In this document: piece by piece, positions 37,401 through 49,814 of the stretch
Layout: every line of letters begins with the position of its first letter
Numbering within the stretch: the stretch's first letter is position 1
Assembly: GCA_016748015.1 (NCBI GenBank)
Contig: JAAOMT010000135.1
Span: 186,001-250,000 of the forward strand
DNA: 64,000 bases
Direction of reading: 5' to 3'
Origin: Geosiphon pyriformis uo1
Lineage: Eukaryota; Fungi; Glomeromycota
Translations under genes and position numbers: made by a program
Notes under the pieces: generated by a model
The model's database searches: none
What the model was told of the DNA's origin: nothing
The model's input: only the letters and a program-made list of their open reading frames with translations

Positions 37401-40340
37401 AGATGAATGTTATTTGCTCCAACCAAAACAATTGGAACAAATGAACATGGGAAACTTAGATCCACTCCAATATATGCAGCTCAAGATGTTACTCAACAAT
37501 TTCAATGACATTTTTGCCAGCAAAAATGAGTTTGGCTGAACTGATATCATCCAGCATTAGATTAAGACTGGAGATGCAATGCCAATCAAACAAAGAGCAT
37601 ACAGAGTGCTGCCAGCCAGCCACAAAATTATTTGTCAAGAGATAAACAGAATGCTTGACAACAGGCTAATTCAACCATTAATAAGTCCATGGTCATCATC
37701 AGTGGTACTCGTTCATAAGAAAAATGGAAAAATCTGGTTTTGTGTGGACTACAGAAAACTCAATGGTGTAACTCGTGGAGACAGTTATCCAACTCCATGA
37801 ATACAGGAATTATTTGATGCTTTCAGTGGGAACAAATGGTTCTCCTCATTAGGTTTGGACAGTGGTTACTGACAAGTAGCCATGAATCCAGCTGACAAAG
37901 AAAAGATGGCATTTACTATTAGAGAAGGAAATTTGAATTTGAAGTAATGCCATTTGGCTTAACCAATACCCCAGCAACTTTTCAACAGCTAATGGAAATT
38001 GTTTATACGGGCTTATTGTGGAAATCAGTAGTTGTATACTTAGACGACACCAATGTATTCTCAAAGACGTTTGATGATCATCTTTATCATCTTCAACAAG
38101 TGTTCGAAAGACTAAGAAGAGCAGGACTGAAGCTAAATGCGACAAAGTGTTTCTTTGGCAAGACAAAACTCAAATTCTTGGGACACATAGTCAGCAAAGA
38201 CAGCATCAAAACAAATCCAGAGAAAATAGAGATAGTAAAAAACTTTTCAGTACCAACCAATATAACAGAACTGAAATCATTCTTGGGATTTGCCAGCTAC
38301 TATTATCGTTTTATCAAGAACTTTTCCAAGATAGCACAGCCACTCAATCAACTACAAAACAAAAATGTGAAATATAAATGGACAGAAAGTCAACAAAAAG
38401 CTTTTGATATTCTGAGGAAAAAGCTTATCCAAGCTCCAGTGCTGATCTATCCAGATTACAGCAAACCATTTATTATCACCACTGATGCATCTGGCCAAGC
38501 ATTGGAAGCAGTATTATCTCAGAGAGAACCAGACGGCAGAGAACATCCAGTAGTATATGCCAGCAGAGATTTAATACCAGCCGAAAAGAACTATGGAACA
38601 CCAGAACAAGAACACTTAGCAATATACTGGGCTGTCATAAAATAGAAAGAATACTTGAGCCAGAAGTTTGAAGTATACACAGATCACAAGAGATTGACAT
38701 CACTCCAAAAACAAAAATTTGAAGATAGAAAACAGTCAAGATGAAAAATGGCACTCGCACTACACAATTATACTATACATTATAAGAAGGGAAAAGACAA
38801 CAAAAATGCTGATGGTTTATCGCAAATAAGACAAATCTAAGAACATTTCAACCCAAAAATATAATAAAACCAGAACAATACCAATGGAAAAATACAACAA
38901 AAGATGAACATACAAAAATATTAACAATTACAATATTATCTAAATACTCAACAGTTCAAGGAGAATTTATCTCATACGGAACGAAGGAGTATCAAACAAC
39001 AAGCAAAATATTTTATCACTTACCAAAATATACTTTATCGGAAAAATAGAAAAGATCCAGATCAACCAACCAAAGTAATCACAGAGCCAGAAAAAGAGAC
39101 AATATTATTCAACATGCACTCAAATTCAACAGCAGGACATTTTCACAAAGAAGCAATCATAGAAAGAACTAGAAAAAGATACTATTGGCCATCAATGTAC
39201 CCAGACATCATTCAATATGTTCAAAATTGTGATGCTTGTCAGCGAAGAGAAGGAACAAGACTCAGTGAACCATTAAGACCAATCAAAGTGGGACAACCAT
39301 TTGACCGTATGGGAATTGATTTAGTTGGATCATTAACAATCACCAGCAGAGGAAACAGATACATAGCAGTAGCTATGGACTATCTCACTAAATGGCCAGA
39401 GGCAAAAGCAATTCAAAGAGCAGATGCAGAATCTGTTGCCGAATTTGTTCATCAGGATTTGATTTGTTGACATGGATGTCCAAAAAAATTATTATCAGAT
39501 CAAGGAACTCATTTTGTGAACAGAACATTAACAGAATTGAGCCAAAGATTCGGAATCAAGAGACCATTATCATTACCATACCATCCACAAACCAACAGAT
39601 TAGTAGAAAGATTTAACAGAACATTGTGTGAAGCAATAGCCAAGCTCAGCCAAGAAAACCAGAACGATTGGGATTTGTTCATACCATCAGTACTATTTGA
39701 TTATTGGACAATGAAACAAGATACTATACAAGCAACACCATTTGAATTAGTATACGGAAGAATAGCAACATTACCAGTAGAGAGAGAAATTAACACATAT
39801 CCAGCTGAACCAATAACAGAGAAAAATTTTCAAGAAACATTGCTGAGAAGAACATATGACTTAATAGAAACATTGGAAAACAAATGAAGAAAAGCAGTTG
39901 ATAAGATCCAAAAGTCACAAGAAACACAAAAAGAAAGACACAATAGTCAACTACCAGACAAACCAGTTGAATTCAAGATCGGAGACAAAGTATTACTACA
40001 TTGTACCAAAGCGGAAAAACAATGGAGTGGAAAATTTGACCCCAAATGGGATGGACCATTTCACATAGAAGAAATTCTAGGAAATGGAGCTTACAAATTA
40101 AGATTGGATAACAAAATTTTAACCAAAACAGCACATGAAGATCGACTGAAACCATATCACAACATCACACTACTATCTATTAGTAATATTCCACAATTAG
40201 GAGTACAGAAAATACTAGTCCAACCAGATGAGATTCCACGAGATCTGGAACCAATCATTATTATTGACAACAACATGTTAAATTGATCCATTAAAAGAAT
40301 ATATAAAGACATAGTAGACGTGACAGAAAATATCAGAAAA

Positions 40341-40970
40341 ATGGAAATTACAGACAAAATTCACTCATTAGCACAACAACTTTTTCAATTAATCCAACAC
40401 CAGAAAATAGAGATTACAATTAATCAACAAACCATTCGATATCAAGATACTAGAAAAACATTTCAACTCAGAACACAGAAGAAAACTGAAAATACCGTGG
40501 ACAAAATCATGGCGAAAGTAAAATTAGTAATAAAAGAATTGACAAAAGAGTCACTATATCAAGAGTTGACTAAAGAAACTTGGAATTGGTGGATACAACA
40601 ATTCCCACGAAACTATTGTTATTTCTATTTGGGACAACACGTAAATATTCAGAATCTATATACGGATAAAACAAAGCAATTATTTGACAAAAGAATACTA
40701 CAACAATTAGAACATTTTGTGGGAAAGAACAACTTATCCACACAAGCCCGAGCCATATACCGAATACACACAGCATTTCAGAATAAACCAGAAATATTGC
40801 TCAATAGAGCAATGGATATGGTTACCAGTAATCAATTGGGAAAAATCACCAATGCTCAATTTGAAGAATTACAAACCCAAATAACACAAGTAATTCTCGA
40901 AAACAAAATCCAAGAAATACTTCAAGAGGGGGAATTACATAAGTTGGATTTCAATAGAGCTCAATATTAA
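40341..40970 (+). CDS. E2 ORF3 (env-position, soluble, unknown function)
   Basis: Open from ATG 40341 (MEITDKIHSLAQQLF) to a TAA abutting the PPT; aligns with E1 ORF3 over its length. Confidence 0.8.
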   Translation: MEITDKIHSLAQQLFQLIQHQKIEITINQQTIRYQDTRKTFQLRTQKKTENTVDKIMAKVKLVIKELTKESLYQELTKETWNWWIQQFPRNYCYFYLGQHVNIQNLYTDKTKQLFDKRILQQLEHFVGKNNLSTQARAIYRIHTAFQNKPEILLNRAMDMVTSNQLGKITNAQFEELQTQITQVILENKIQEILQEGELHKLDFNRAQY

Positions 40971-40983
40971 AAGGAGGAAATAA

Positions 40984-41839
40984 TGTTACTTATAGAAATA
41001 TAGGAAATATATTAACATAATTATTAGCCAATCAGAAGTAAGCATAGTAAATGTGAAATTCCAGGATTTTTTTCAGGAATTGCAGGATTCCAGGAATTTC
41101 AGGATTCCCCAACGAGGAATTGCAAGATTTCAGAATTCCAGAATTCCAGGAATTCTAGGATTCCTGTTGTGAAAAATCGAGAAATTGAGAAATCCCAATT
41201 ATGTATATATAGCGGTAGTGTTAGAAACAGAAAAGACAGAATTGATACCACAGAATCCTTAGCCAAAAAACAAAATCATCATATAAATAATTATTCCATA
41301 TCTCAATCCACTCTCTATTATCAATACTTCATGTTAATAGTAATTAATACTTAACTACACTGGAACAATAGCTCTTGATCATGGCTATTGACGGAATACT
41401 AAAATTGCCAAACCACCTAGGCTTATTTCTTTTTTTTATTTATTTTCTTTTATTTCTTTTCTTTATTTTATTTTCTTTCTTTCTTTGATTTCGTTGTTGT
41501 ATACTAATTGATTAAAGATTAAGCGCTAAGTTATTGACATCAAGAATAGTCTGGTAAAAGACCCAGAAATAAGGGTAGAATTTTATATATTATCAGATAG
41601 CTTACCAGAAAAGCACGACTGCCAGACTAAATCTGGCCACCATGCTGAGAAAGAAATTGGGAAAACAACTTGAAAATACAACCACTATCAACCTTATTGA
41701 ATCTCTGTCCATTATACAAAGGACTCAACCAAAACCTTTAGATAACAATCCCTTCAGAACATTATCAATGGAAGTAGTTTTTAAGCACCAAGTTATGGAT
41801 TGTTATTTAATTCAACAGCAGAAATAATCTCTTATAACA
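40984..41839 (+). repeat. E2 3' LTR (TATA ~41204; U3 CAGGA(A)TTC array 41058-41165)
   Basis: PPT aaggaggaaataa then TGTTACT...ATAACA. Confidence 0.88.
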
Positions 41840-42180
41840 GTGCTTAATCTTTTTAATTAATTAGTAAACAACAAAAAAATAATAAATAATAAAAAATAAA
41901 ATAAAAAATTAGTATTCCATCAATAGCCATGATCAAAAGCTATTGGTTTAGTGTAGTTAAATATCAAAATTTATTAATATAGATTGTTAATAATACAGAA
42001 GTAATTAATAACATAAATAAAATAATAATAAATAATTTTATTAATATGAGTATAATTTTACTTTAAATTATAGAAAACTATCTTTTAATGAAAAGTATAT
42101 TAAATAATTATTAATCTTTAACTACTGTTCTGTTCTACTTCTAATACTTTTATTATATATACATAATTCTTATTATATAA
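41840..42180 (-). repeat. Fragment of a related E2-like LTR in opposite orientation (likely target of E2 insertion)
   Basis: 41840-41965 aligns with the reverse complement of 41345-41527 and with 2070-2220. Confidence 0.75.
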
Positions 42181-42199
42181 AATCTTACATATTTTTAAG

Positions 42200-45100
42200 T
42201 AATATGTTATAATTTTCTAATAATATGCTCATTTATTGAATACTATTCTTTTATTGACTTATTTTTACTATTTGTTTTTTCTATTTCTTTTTTGTACTCT
42301 TTTTTTTATAAATAACAACAGATAAAATTACTATTTTTTTATGATTTTTTGATTAATCTAACTAAAAAACTGCTTTGGTTTTTTATAATAACTATTATTA
42401 ATATTAATAAAAAACTTTATAATATAATTGCTATTTGGTTTATTAATTATTAATAACTATTTGTTATTTTAGTATTTAAACTTTATTTCTTAATTTGTTT
42501 GTGCTAATATAATTAAGAATAAAATTTTAAAACTTTATATCTTGGATAAACAAAAATTAAAAATAAATACTAATTTTATTATAAATTTATTTTTTATTTT
42601 ATCTATATTTATAATATAATAAATATATTAAATATTATTAAGTCAAAAAATTTTTTTACATTAAATTTCTAAATATTTTTTAATAATAAAGTCTTTATTT
42701 CTATTACTAGTTATTATATTAATAATAATTGAAATTTTTATTAATTTTGGTTTAATAAATAGATAATATAACAAAATAAATATTGCAAATAGATTTTTTA
42801 AAGATTAAAAATTTAAAAAATTATATTAAAGATATATATATATATTCTTTATATAAATTTAGATTAATTAATAATTAATAATAAAATTAGCATACTATAT
42901 AGCAAATTAATATTATTTAAGACTTAAAAATATTATAATGTTTATATTATTAAAAATTATGTTTTCTTAATATTGGCTTAAATTGGTTTTTATTATTATT
43001 TTAAGCCAAATTTTTAATCAAAAAAGTTAAAAAAAACAGTCTAATTTTATTAGTTATTAAATTAATTTTTTTTAACAGTTTTTTGTTATTATTCTAGATA
43101 ATACCACAAATAATAATACTTTTATAAAAGAATTAAAGAGAAAATTAAAAGAAAAAACATTTAATAAAATTTAATTTTAATATTTTAATTATATTTTTAA
43201 CTTGACAATATAAATAATTTTAAATAAAATAAAAAATAATGTTTTCGAGATATTTATTAAAAATTTAAACTAAATATAATTTACTTGAAATTTTTTTAAT
43301 ATAAGTTTTATATAATTTAAGATTAAAAAAGTTAACTTTTTAATTTGTATTTTGTTTTAATAATTTAAATTTCTTGAATATATTTGTAATATATATTAAA
43401 ATTAAATACTGTAAACTTATTCTGAATTGCTTTATTTGGTAAAATTTTACTTATAATATAATTAAAAATAGGTTATTTTTTAACTGTAAATTTATAAATA
43501 CTTAATATTTTTATTAACACTTATATTAATTTTTTTTAATATGCTATTTTATATAATTATTAGATTGTTTTTAATAAAATTGCTAAATTTCTTAAATTAT
43601 TTAAATAATATTGTTTCTTTGATAATTTTTTTCTTTAATTTTATTTTTAATTATGTTAAAAATATAATTAATAATAATAAATTTGGTAAAATATTATAAT
43701 ATTAATTAAATTTATTATCTATTATAGCAGCTTGAACAACAAAAAAAAGTTGATTAATATTACTTTAAAACAAATACAATTGTAATACTTTGTACTATAT
43801 TTTTATTTAAAGAGAAAATTTTATTATTTTACAAAAAAAAATTTTGAATAATAATATTAATAAAACAAAAAAATTATAAATTATTTATTTAAATAGTTTT
43901 ATTTTTCAATTTTTATATAATAAATAAATTTAATAATATAATAGAAAATATATTGCAAAAAATATCTATTTAAATTATTATTTTTATTAAAAATTGAATA
44001 TTTAAGCATATTAAACACAATTTTTTTATTATATATATATAATTTATAATTATTTGGCAATTTAAAGATTATTTGTTATTTTAAATATGCTTTTTTTACA
44101 GATAAAAATATAATTGCAGATATAAAATTTTACTTAATACTATTATAATTCTGGAATTATAGATTTTAATACTTTTTTTAAATATTAATAATTCTAATTA
44201 ATAATATAAGTATTATTTATAATAATTTTTTTAACTATAATATAAGCAAATTGTTTATAATAGAATAGATATATATGTAATAATATAAAAAAAATATAAA
44301 ACAAAGAAAAAAACAAAATAAAAGATCTATTACTTACAATAAAATTATAATAAAAAATTAATTTAGTATAAAATTAATACTTTTTTAATTTATAAAAAAG
44401 TTATATATATAATTAAATTATATAAAATCTATATATTATATTAAGATTACTTTAAGTATATTAATTATTTATATATATTAAATAAATTAATTTAGTTGTA
44501 AACTTATTTAATATATTATTTTTTTAAAAGTTAATAATTTTAATAATCAGATTTAAAACTTTAATTATATATTATTGATATTATTTGTAATTAATTAATA
44601 TAATTAAATATAAATTAATTGATTATATTTTTTAATAATTATTTTTAAATAATAATTATATTAGACTGTATAATTAAAATTTTAAAGCATAATAAAATCT
44701 ATTATTATTAAATTACATATATTAATTCTTAATTTCTATTAATATTCTTAGTTTATCAAAAAAAATTTATATTTAATTTAAATTTTTAATTAAATTGTAT
44801 TATAATTTAATTATAATTAAATTAATTGCTAATCTTTTACTTTTTTGTTGCCAGTTAATATTTGTTGAATTAATTTTAATGATATAATTTTTTTTATATA
44901 ATTTTAATACTAATTTTTATAATATATATTGTAATTTTTTACATAAAAATACTGTTTTTTTAAATTATAATAATGTTTATAAAAACAATACAATATCTTT
45001 AATAATAAATGCAAAAATTATTAAAAAAAAATTAATTAATAATATAACATAATTTTTAATAATCAAACTTTAAATTAAATTCGAATTAAACTTGTTGTTT

Positions 45101-46000
45101 AGATTTAAGTTTAATTTAAGTTTAATTTAAATTTAAATTCAAAATTTAGCCAAAATTTCTGTTTGAATTTAGTTTAATTTAATAATTTAATTTAATTTAA
45201 ACCAAACTAAACTGAATATTAAAACTTTACTATTGCTGTTTTTTAAAGTTTTTGGTCTTTTTGTAAAATAATAATAATAATAGTAATAATAAAAGCAAAA
45301 AAGATTAGTTTGTTAACTAATTTATTATTAAAAATTTTAAGATTTTAAAAAAAATAAAAACAATACTAAAATTAAATTTTAAAAAAAACTTTAACTAAGA
45401 AAAAACTATTAATTAAAAATAAAAAAATGCTTTAAAAACTGCTAAAAACAACTTTATATTATTAATATTTATAAAAAATATTGTCAACATATTTTGTTTA
45501 ATTGTTTTAATAACAAAAAAACTTTATAAAATACTATAAAAAAAGTAATATTTATAACTTTTTTATTTTTTTAGTTATTGTTTTTTAATTATTAATATAA
45601 AGTTTTAATTATAGACATAAAATTAAAATATATATATTAAAAATTTTTTTTTAAAGTTAATATAATAATTTATTATTAAAATTTTTACAAAACTATTATT
45701 TAAAATAAAATTATATTCATAAATAAATATTATTATTAATTATTATTGTAATTTTTAATTAATTGTTATTTTGAAAAAAACTATTAATTTAATAATTTAA
45801 ACATCAAATTTTAATTATTTTGTTATAATTATTGCATAAATTAAAAATAAAATAAAAGTTTATATTTTAATTACAATCCAATTACAAATAATATTCATAT
45901 ATTTATCATATTGCTTATTATAAAATAGATATATTGTAAATAAACAATCTGTACTTTTAATCAATTAAAAAGGTTGAACATAATATGTAAAAAATTTTTT
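42200..46000. other. Extremely AT-rich tract, probably fully eroded TE relics
   Basis: Very low GC, almost no CpG, no ORF of 60 aa or more. Confidence 0.5.
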
Positions 46001-46733
46001 GCAAATGATTGATAAGATTCCTTAAAGCATTGATTGTAATGAAACTTAAAATGAAACTCTATTGGTTATAAAATATATTTAATTATTTATTCTAAGATTA
46101 AATATTAAAAATGGTAAAAATTAATCAAATTTGATGTTATCGAAACTGTTGTTCATAGTGCTTAAACAGTCTAATTAATTTACCTACAAAGGTGAAGATA
46201 ATGATTGAGAGTTAAAGTTACTAAAGAAATTATATATAAATAAATCCAAACAATCATCTGTGATTGCCGAATTTTCAGCGTATTTAACATAATTATTAAA
46301 CAGAGCCTTAACTCAAGTAATTACATCAGATAATTGGAAACTAAAAATCATGAACTTAAATTTAGGAGAATCCCAAATAAAAAAACAGTGGAAAACACTA
46401 CCTTTAGAGTAAAACCCTCCCCATCATATAAAATACCTTCCTCATTGAATGAAAGCTTTCAGCTAAACAGAATAAAGATGAAAGCATTATAATAGTAACA
46501 CAGGGAAGCCACCTTTGTAATTGGTTTAAAGCTAATTATTATTAACTTTTAAAGATATCCCCCTCCATTATTCCTATGACATTGTGAGTTCACCAAATTC
46601 CTTTGCAAGTCTCTGGGAAAGAAAGTTAGGAATTTCTTTGGGGAACAAAGGCGCGGACATTTCTTGATAATTGTTTATAATTTATGTTAAGGTTGCTGTT
46701 ACACTTATTGCCGTGATGATCATAGGATGATTG

Positions 46734-47150
46734 ATGTCTAAAATTATGCCTACATTTAAAACTTCACAACGGCTCTATGTTTTGAGCAGTAGCTTGACTC
46801 GACCTCATAGAAGATTCCTCACTAATTATTCTCAGAATTTTTCAACTGTTTCGGCAACAAAAACTTCAAGGTTTTTGAGTAGTCCAAAACTTAAAAGTTA
46901 TCTTCCATTCGTTTATCGATATCTTCATTGGTCGATTCTCAGCACCTTATCCCTACACCTAGTCTGGACAAAGAAAGAATATGCAGATTACCGCGAAAAG
47001 ATCATGGTCAAGATTGTGGATTTAGAGCAAACTATCGCCTCTCTTCAAGGTGGCCCGGAGGAGAAAAAGGGTTTGTCAAGCTATTTTTGGTTTTTGCCTT
47101 TCTCAAGAAAAGAAGACTTTGAAATAAATTCAAATAATAATAGCCCCTGA
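46734..47150 (+). CDS. Hypothetical protein, probably mitochondrial inner membrane (presequence-like N-terminus, one hydrophobic helix, coiled coil); DUF5321-like
   Basis: R/S/T-rich, acid-free N-terminus; WSILSTLSLHLVWTKKEY..Y.EK..KI..LE..I..LQGG pattern recalled from fungal DUF5321-type proteins; lies in a CpG-retaining island. Confidence 0.6.
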   Translation: MSKIMPTFKTSQRLYVLSSSLTRPHRRFLTNYSQNFSTVSATKTSRFLSSPKLKSYLPFVYRYLHWSILSTLSLHLVWTKKEYADYREKIMVKIVDLEQTIASLQGGPEEKKGLSSYFWFLPFSRKEDFEINSNNNSP

Positions 47151-47531
47151 ATTAGTCCTGGAAACGCCCTTGAAACCTGTCACAACACCTGCCCAAACCA
47201 ACCGTATTCTCATTATATAACACGAAATAAAATCTTTGGAGCAAGGTCTTTGATTTACTTGGCACCATATGATCCTTATGAAAAATAAATTTTCCTTGAG
47301 AATTTATATATAGCCTTTTAATTAAAGATTTAAAGATTATTTGTGAAACATACCAAATGGTGGATTTCATGTAAAATATCTTTTAAATTTGTTAATTCGA
47401 ATAAACTATATAAGAAAATTTTGAATTTGTTATTGCCGTTGAATTATTCAGATCTAATAGCTCAGCACCCATATGATCACGAATTGAAAAACATAAATCT
47501 TAAAAACATAAGTCTCAATAACCTAGCTAAA

Positions 47532-48079
47532 ATGATGAAATACATTAACCAAGTTACAATTAAATTCTCGCCTTTTGCGAAAGGGGCTAGAACTAATAGG
47601 TAAACTATCTTATTTTATCGTTTTTTCGAAACGATTTTTCAAAATATTAAGAATTTTCATAAAATATTCCAGGGTTTTCTTGTCTTATATCATGACCGAC
47701 GAACAGCGTGAAGATAACCCCAAGGCGAAGATAATTACTACTGTGCTATCCGATTTGAACGCTCAACCAAGCATCAGTATTACTTTTCGTATGTACAAGG
47801 TCTCTTAATATTTTCTTTTTAACCAACATAGAAATTAACTTATTCCTACTAAATTATTTTTGTTGCAAAGGAGATGGAAAGAAATTTAATTTTGCTACAG
47901 ACACTTTCAAGATAGATAGGTAGGTTTGGGTTAAAAACAGAAGAGTTGAGTTGGATTAATGATTCCTTTTTCACTTTATTCATAATCATTTAATCTCTTT
48001 ATAATCGATTCATTGAAGTCTCATGATGGTAATCAAGAAACATATACGAAAGTTACAAGAGGAGGAATCGAATTCTTAA
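47532..48079 (+). CDS. MRPL44: Mitochondrial large-subunit ribosomal protein mL53 (yeast Mrpl44-like); exons 47532-47599, 47673-47788, 47871-47919, 48019-48079
   Basis: Spliced MMKYINQVTIKFSPFAKGARTNRVFLSYI...PSISITFRDGKKFNF..KIDSLMMVIKKHIRKLQEEESNS follows the mL53 pattern. Confidence 0.85.
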
Positions 48080-48271
48080 AAATTCAAAGAGTTATTATTT
48101 TCTTGGATAGGAAGCCTAGCGCAGAGAAAGCCGGAATTGCTGTCTTATATTACTGATCACTCTAATAAACTACACCGTCCTCCTTATCGATATGACTTCA
48201 GAAGAAAAAATTCTTAAAAAGATTTGCAACCATTAATCAATTTTATTGACTAAATTTCATTTTCTGTGAAT

Positions 48272-49007
48272 CTACGCTTTGACGGCATATCTGCGGAGCG
48301 GGAAGTGAGCGGCTCTTTTCTTAGCTCTGATATAAAAAAATTTCATTTAATTTTACAAATTGAGTGCTGAATTGATAAGACCTATATCCTTTTGTTTTAA
48401 GAAAAGAATCTTTTTACCTTAAAGTCCTAGCTCCTGCTTCACTTTTTGTCAAACGACGACGAATGGCTCGAGTTTTCTTTGGTCGAAGATCAAGTGGCTT
48501 GAATTTTTTACCTTTATAAAAAAGTTTCAAATGTGCGCGCTGGCTTTGAGAAATAACCGTGTTGACCCGTGCGATCGATTTGCGAACTTCACGACTGTAC
48601 TCATAATTGAAGTAAAATGGTAGTTTTTAGCCTCTGGGAATAATTTCTGGACCTACATATTAGGTCTAATCCCTCTACACCAATAACTCAATAAATCCTC
48701 AACGATTCAATTTTTGTGCTTGGAATGAAGGAATTAAACTCTTATAATTTGACTCACAGTTTAGTTGACTTGGAGGTTGCCCCGCTAGCAATCTTTTGTA
48801 CTTTAAGGGTGGCAAGCTCCTGTTTCAAATCCTCGAGTTGTTTAGTCAACTCGGTTTTGTCTTTTGCTCGAAGTTCATAAGCTTTTACAGGAGCCTAAAA
48901 AATGCAGATTTGACCAGAAGTTAACAATCTTCCAAGCTATAAAACTGTGCCATATTCCAAAGTTGGCATTAAGGGTTTATGCACCCACGATTCAAAAGAC
49001 TCACCAT
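48272..49007 (-). CDS. RPL35: 60S ribosomal protein L35 (uL29); exons 49007-49005, 48894-48758, 48594-48418, 48326-48272
   Basis: [35 protein letters not shown]...[29 protein letters not shown]...[11 protein letters not shown]; canonical GT-AG introns. Confidence 0.97.
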
Positions 49008-49814
49008 TATTTTAAAATTTGGCTATTCTGAAAGAGAGGAATATTCGGAAAAAAAAAATCTGGTAAATACTATGAACTAGGCTGTACTACAGTTAACTCA
49101 TAACCATTAGTCAAGCACAGATTTCATAAATTCTATAAATGTCAAAAATGGCTACTGTAAATTAAATCTTTTCTTAATAATAATTTTATGAGCATTGATA
49201 ATAATAAAAAGTATGAATTTAATAATTAATTAGCTAATAAAATTTATTAATAATTAAGTTAATAATAATATACAATTGTTTATATTTTAATTATTTTATT
49301 ATAATTTATTTAACTTAAAATAAAATAATATTAAATAAGCTCTTTTTTTATTTTTATAAAGCAAAAAATAAAATAGTTATAATGCTTATTTTTAATATTG
49401 TTTTTACTAGTTTTAATACTTAATAACTAGACAGTCCTTTTTTAAAATGCTATTTTTAAACAATATAAAGTTAAAACAGTTTTTAATTATTAGTAAAACA
49501 CAATTATTGGCTTCAATAAAAGTAACTAATTAAAATTAATTTTAATATAATTATTATTATTATAAAAAATTTAAAAATTTTCAATAACATATTAATAATA
49601 AAGCTGTTTCTTTATATTTATTTAAATAATTAAAAAAACCAAAAAAATAAAGAATTAATTTCTTTTTAATTTTTAATTTAAAGCATAATTTTTTTAAAAT
49701 ACCAAAAAAAATTGTTTTTTAAGTATTTTTTAAAATATTATTTTTATTTTAAAATTTGTTTTTTATAAAAAATAAGATATTAGTTTTATTTAATTTCTTT
49801 AATATTTATATTAA

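Larger units (their letters stand above)
34600..41839 (+). mobile_element. Ty3/Gypsy element E2, 5'-truncated (end of gag, PR, Cys domain, dUTPase ~36580-37010, RT, RH, IN, ORF3, PPT, 3' LTR)
   Basis: LILDSGSAGS; DAGFDLRY, ASRSSL, EKIAQ; YLDD; TTDASG; H..H..CDAC, GIDLVG, SDQG, VERFNRTL, WDGPF. Confidence 0.93.

Noticed and set aside
37858-38645. Alternative genetic code (TGA/TAG readthrough) explaining in-frame stops
   Set aside because: Stops occur at different W/Q/R codons in each copy and host genes use the standard code; they are transition mutations
40341-40970. ORF3 as an envelope glycoprotein
   Set aside because: Too short; no signal peptide, TM anchor or cleavage motif
48595-48757. 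snoRNA or regulatory structure in RPL35 intron 2 (gaccta/taggtc hairpin)
   Set aside because: No convincing C/D or H/ACA boxes; a 6-bp stem alone is weak evidence
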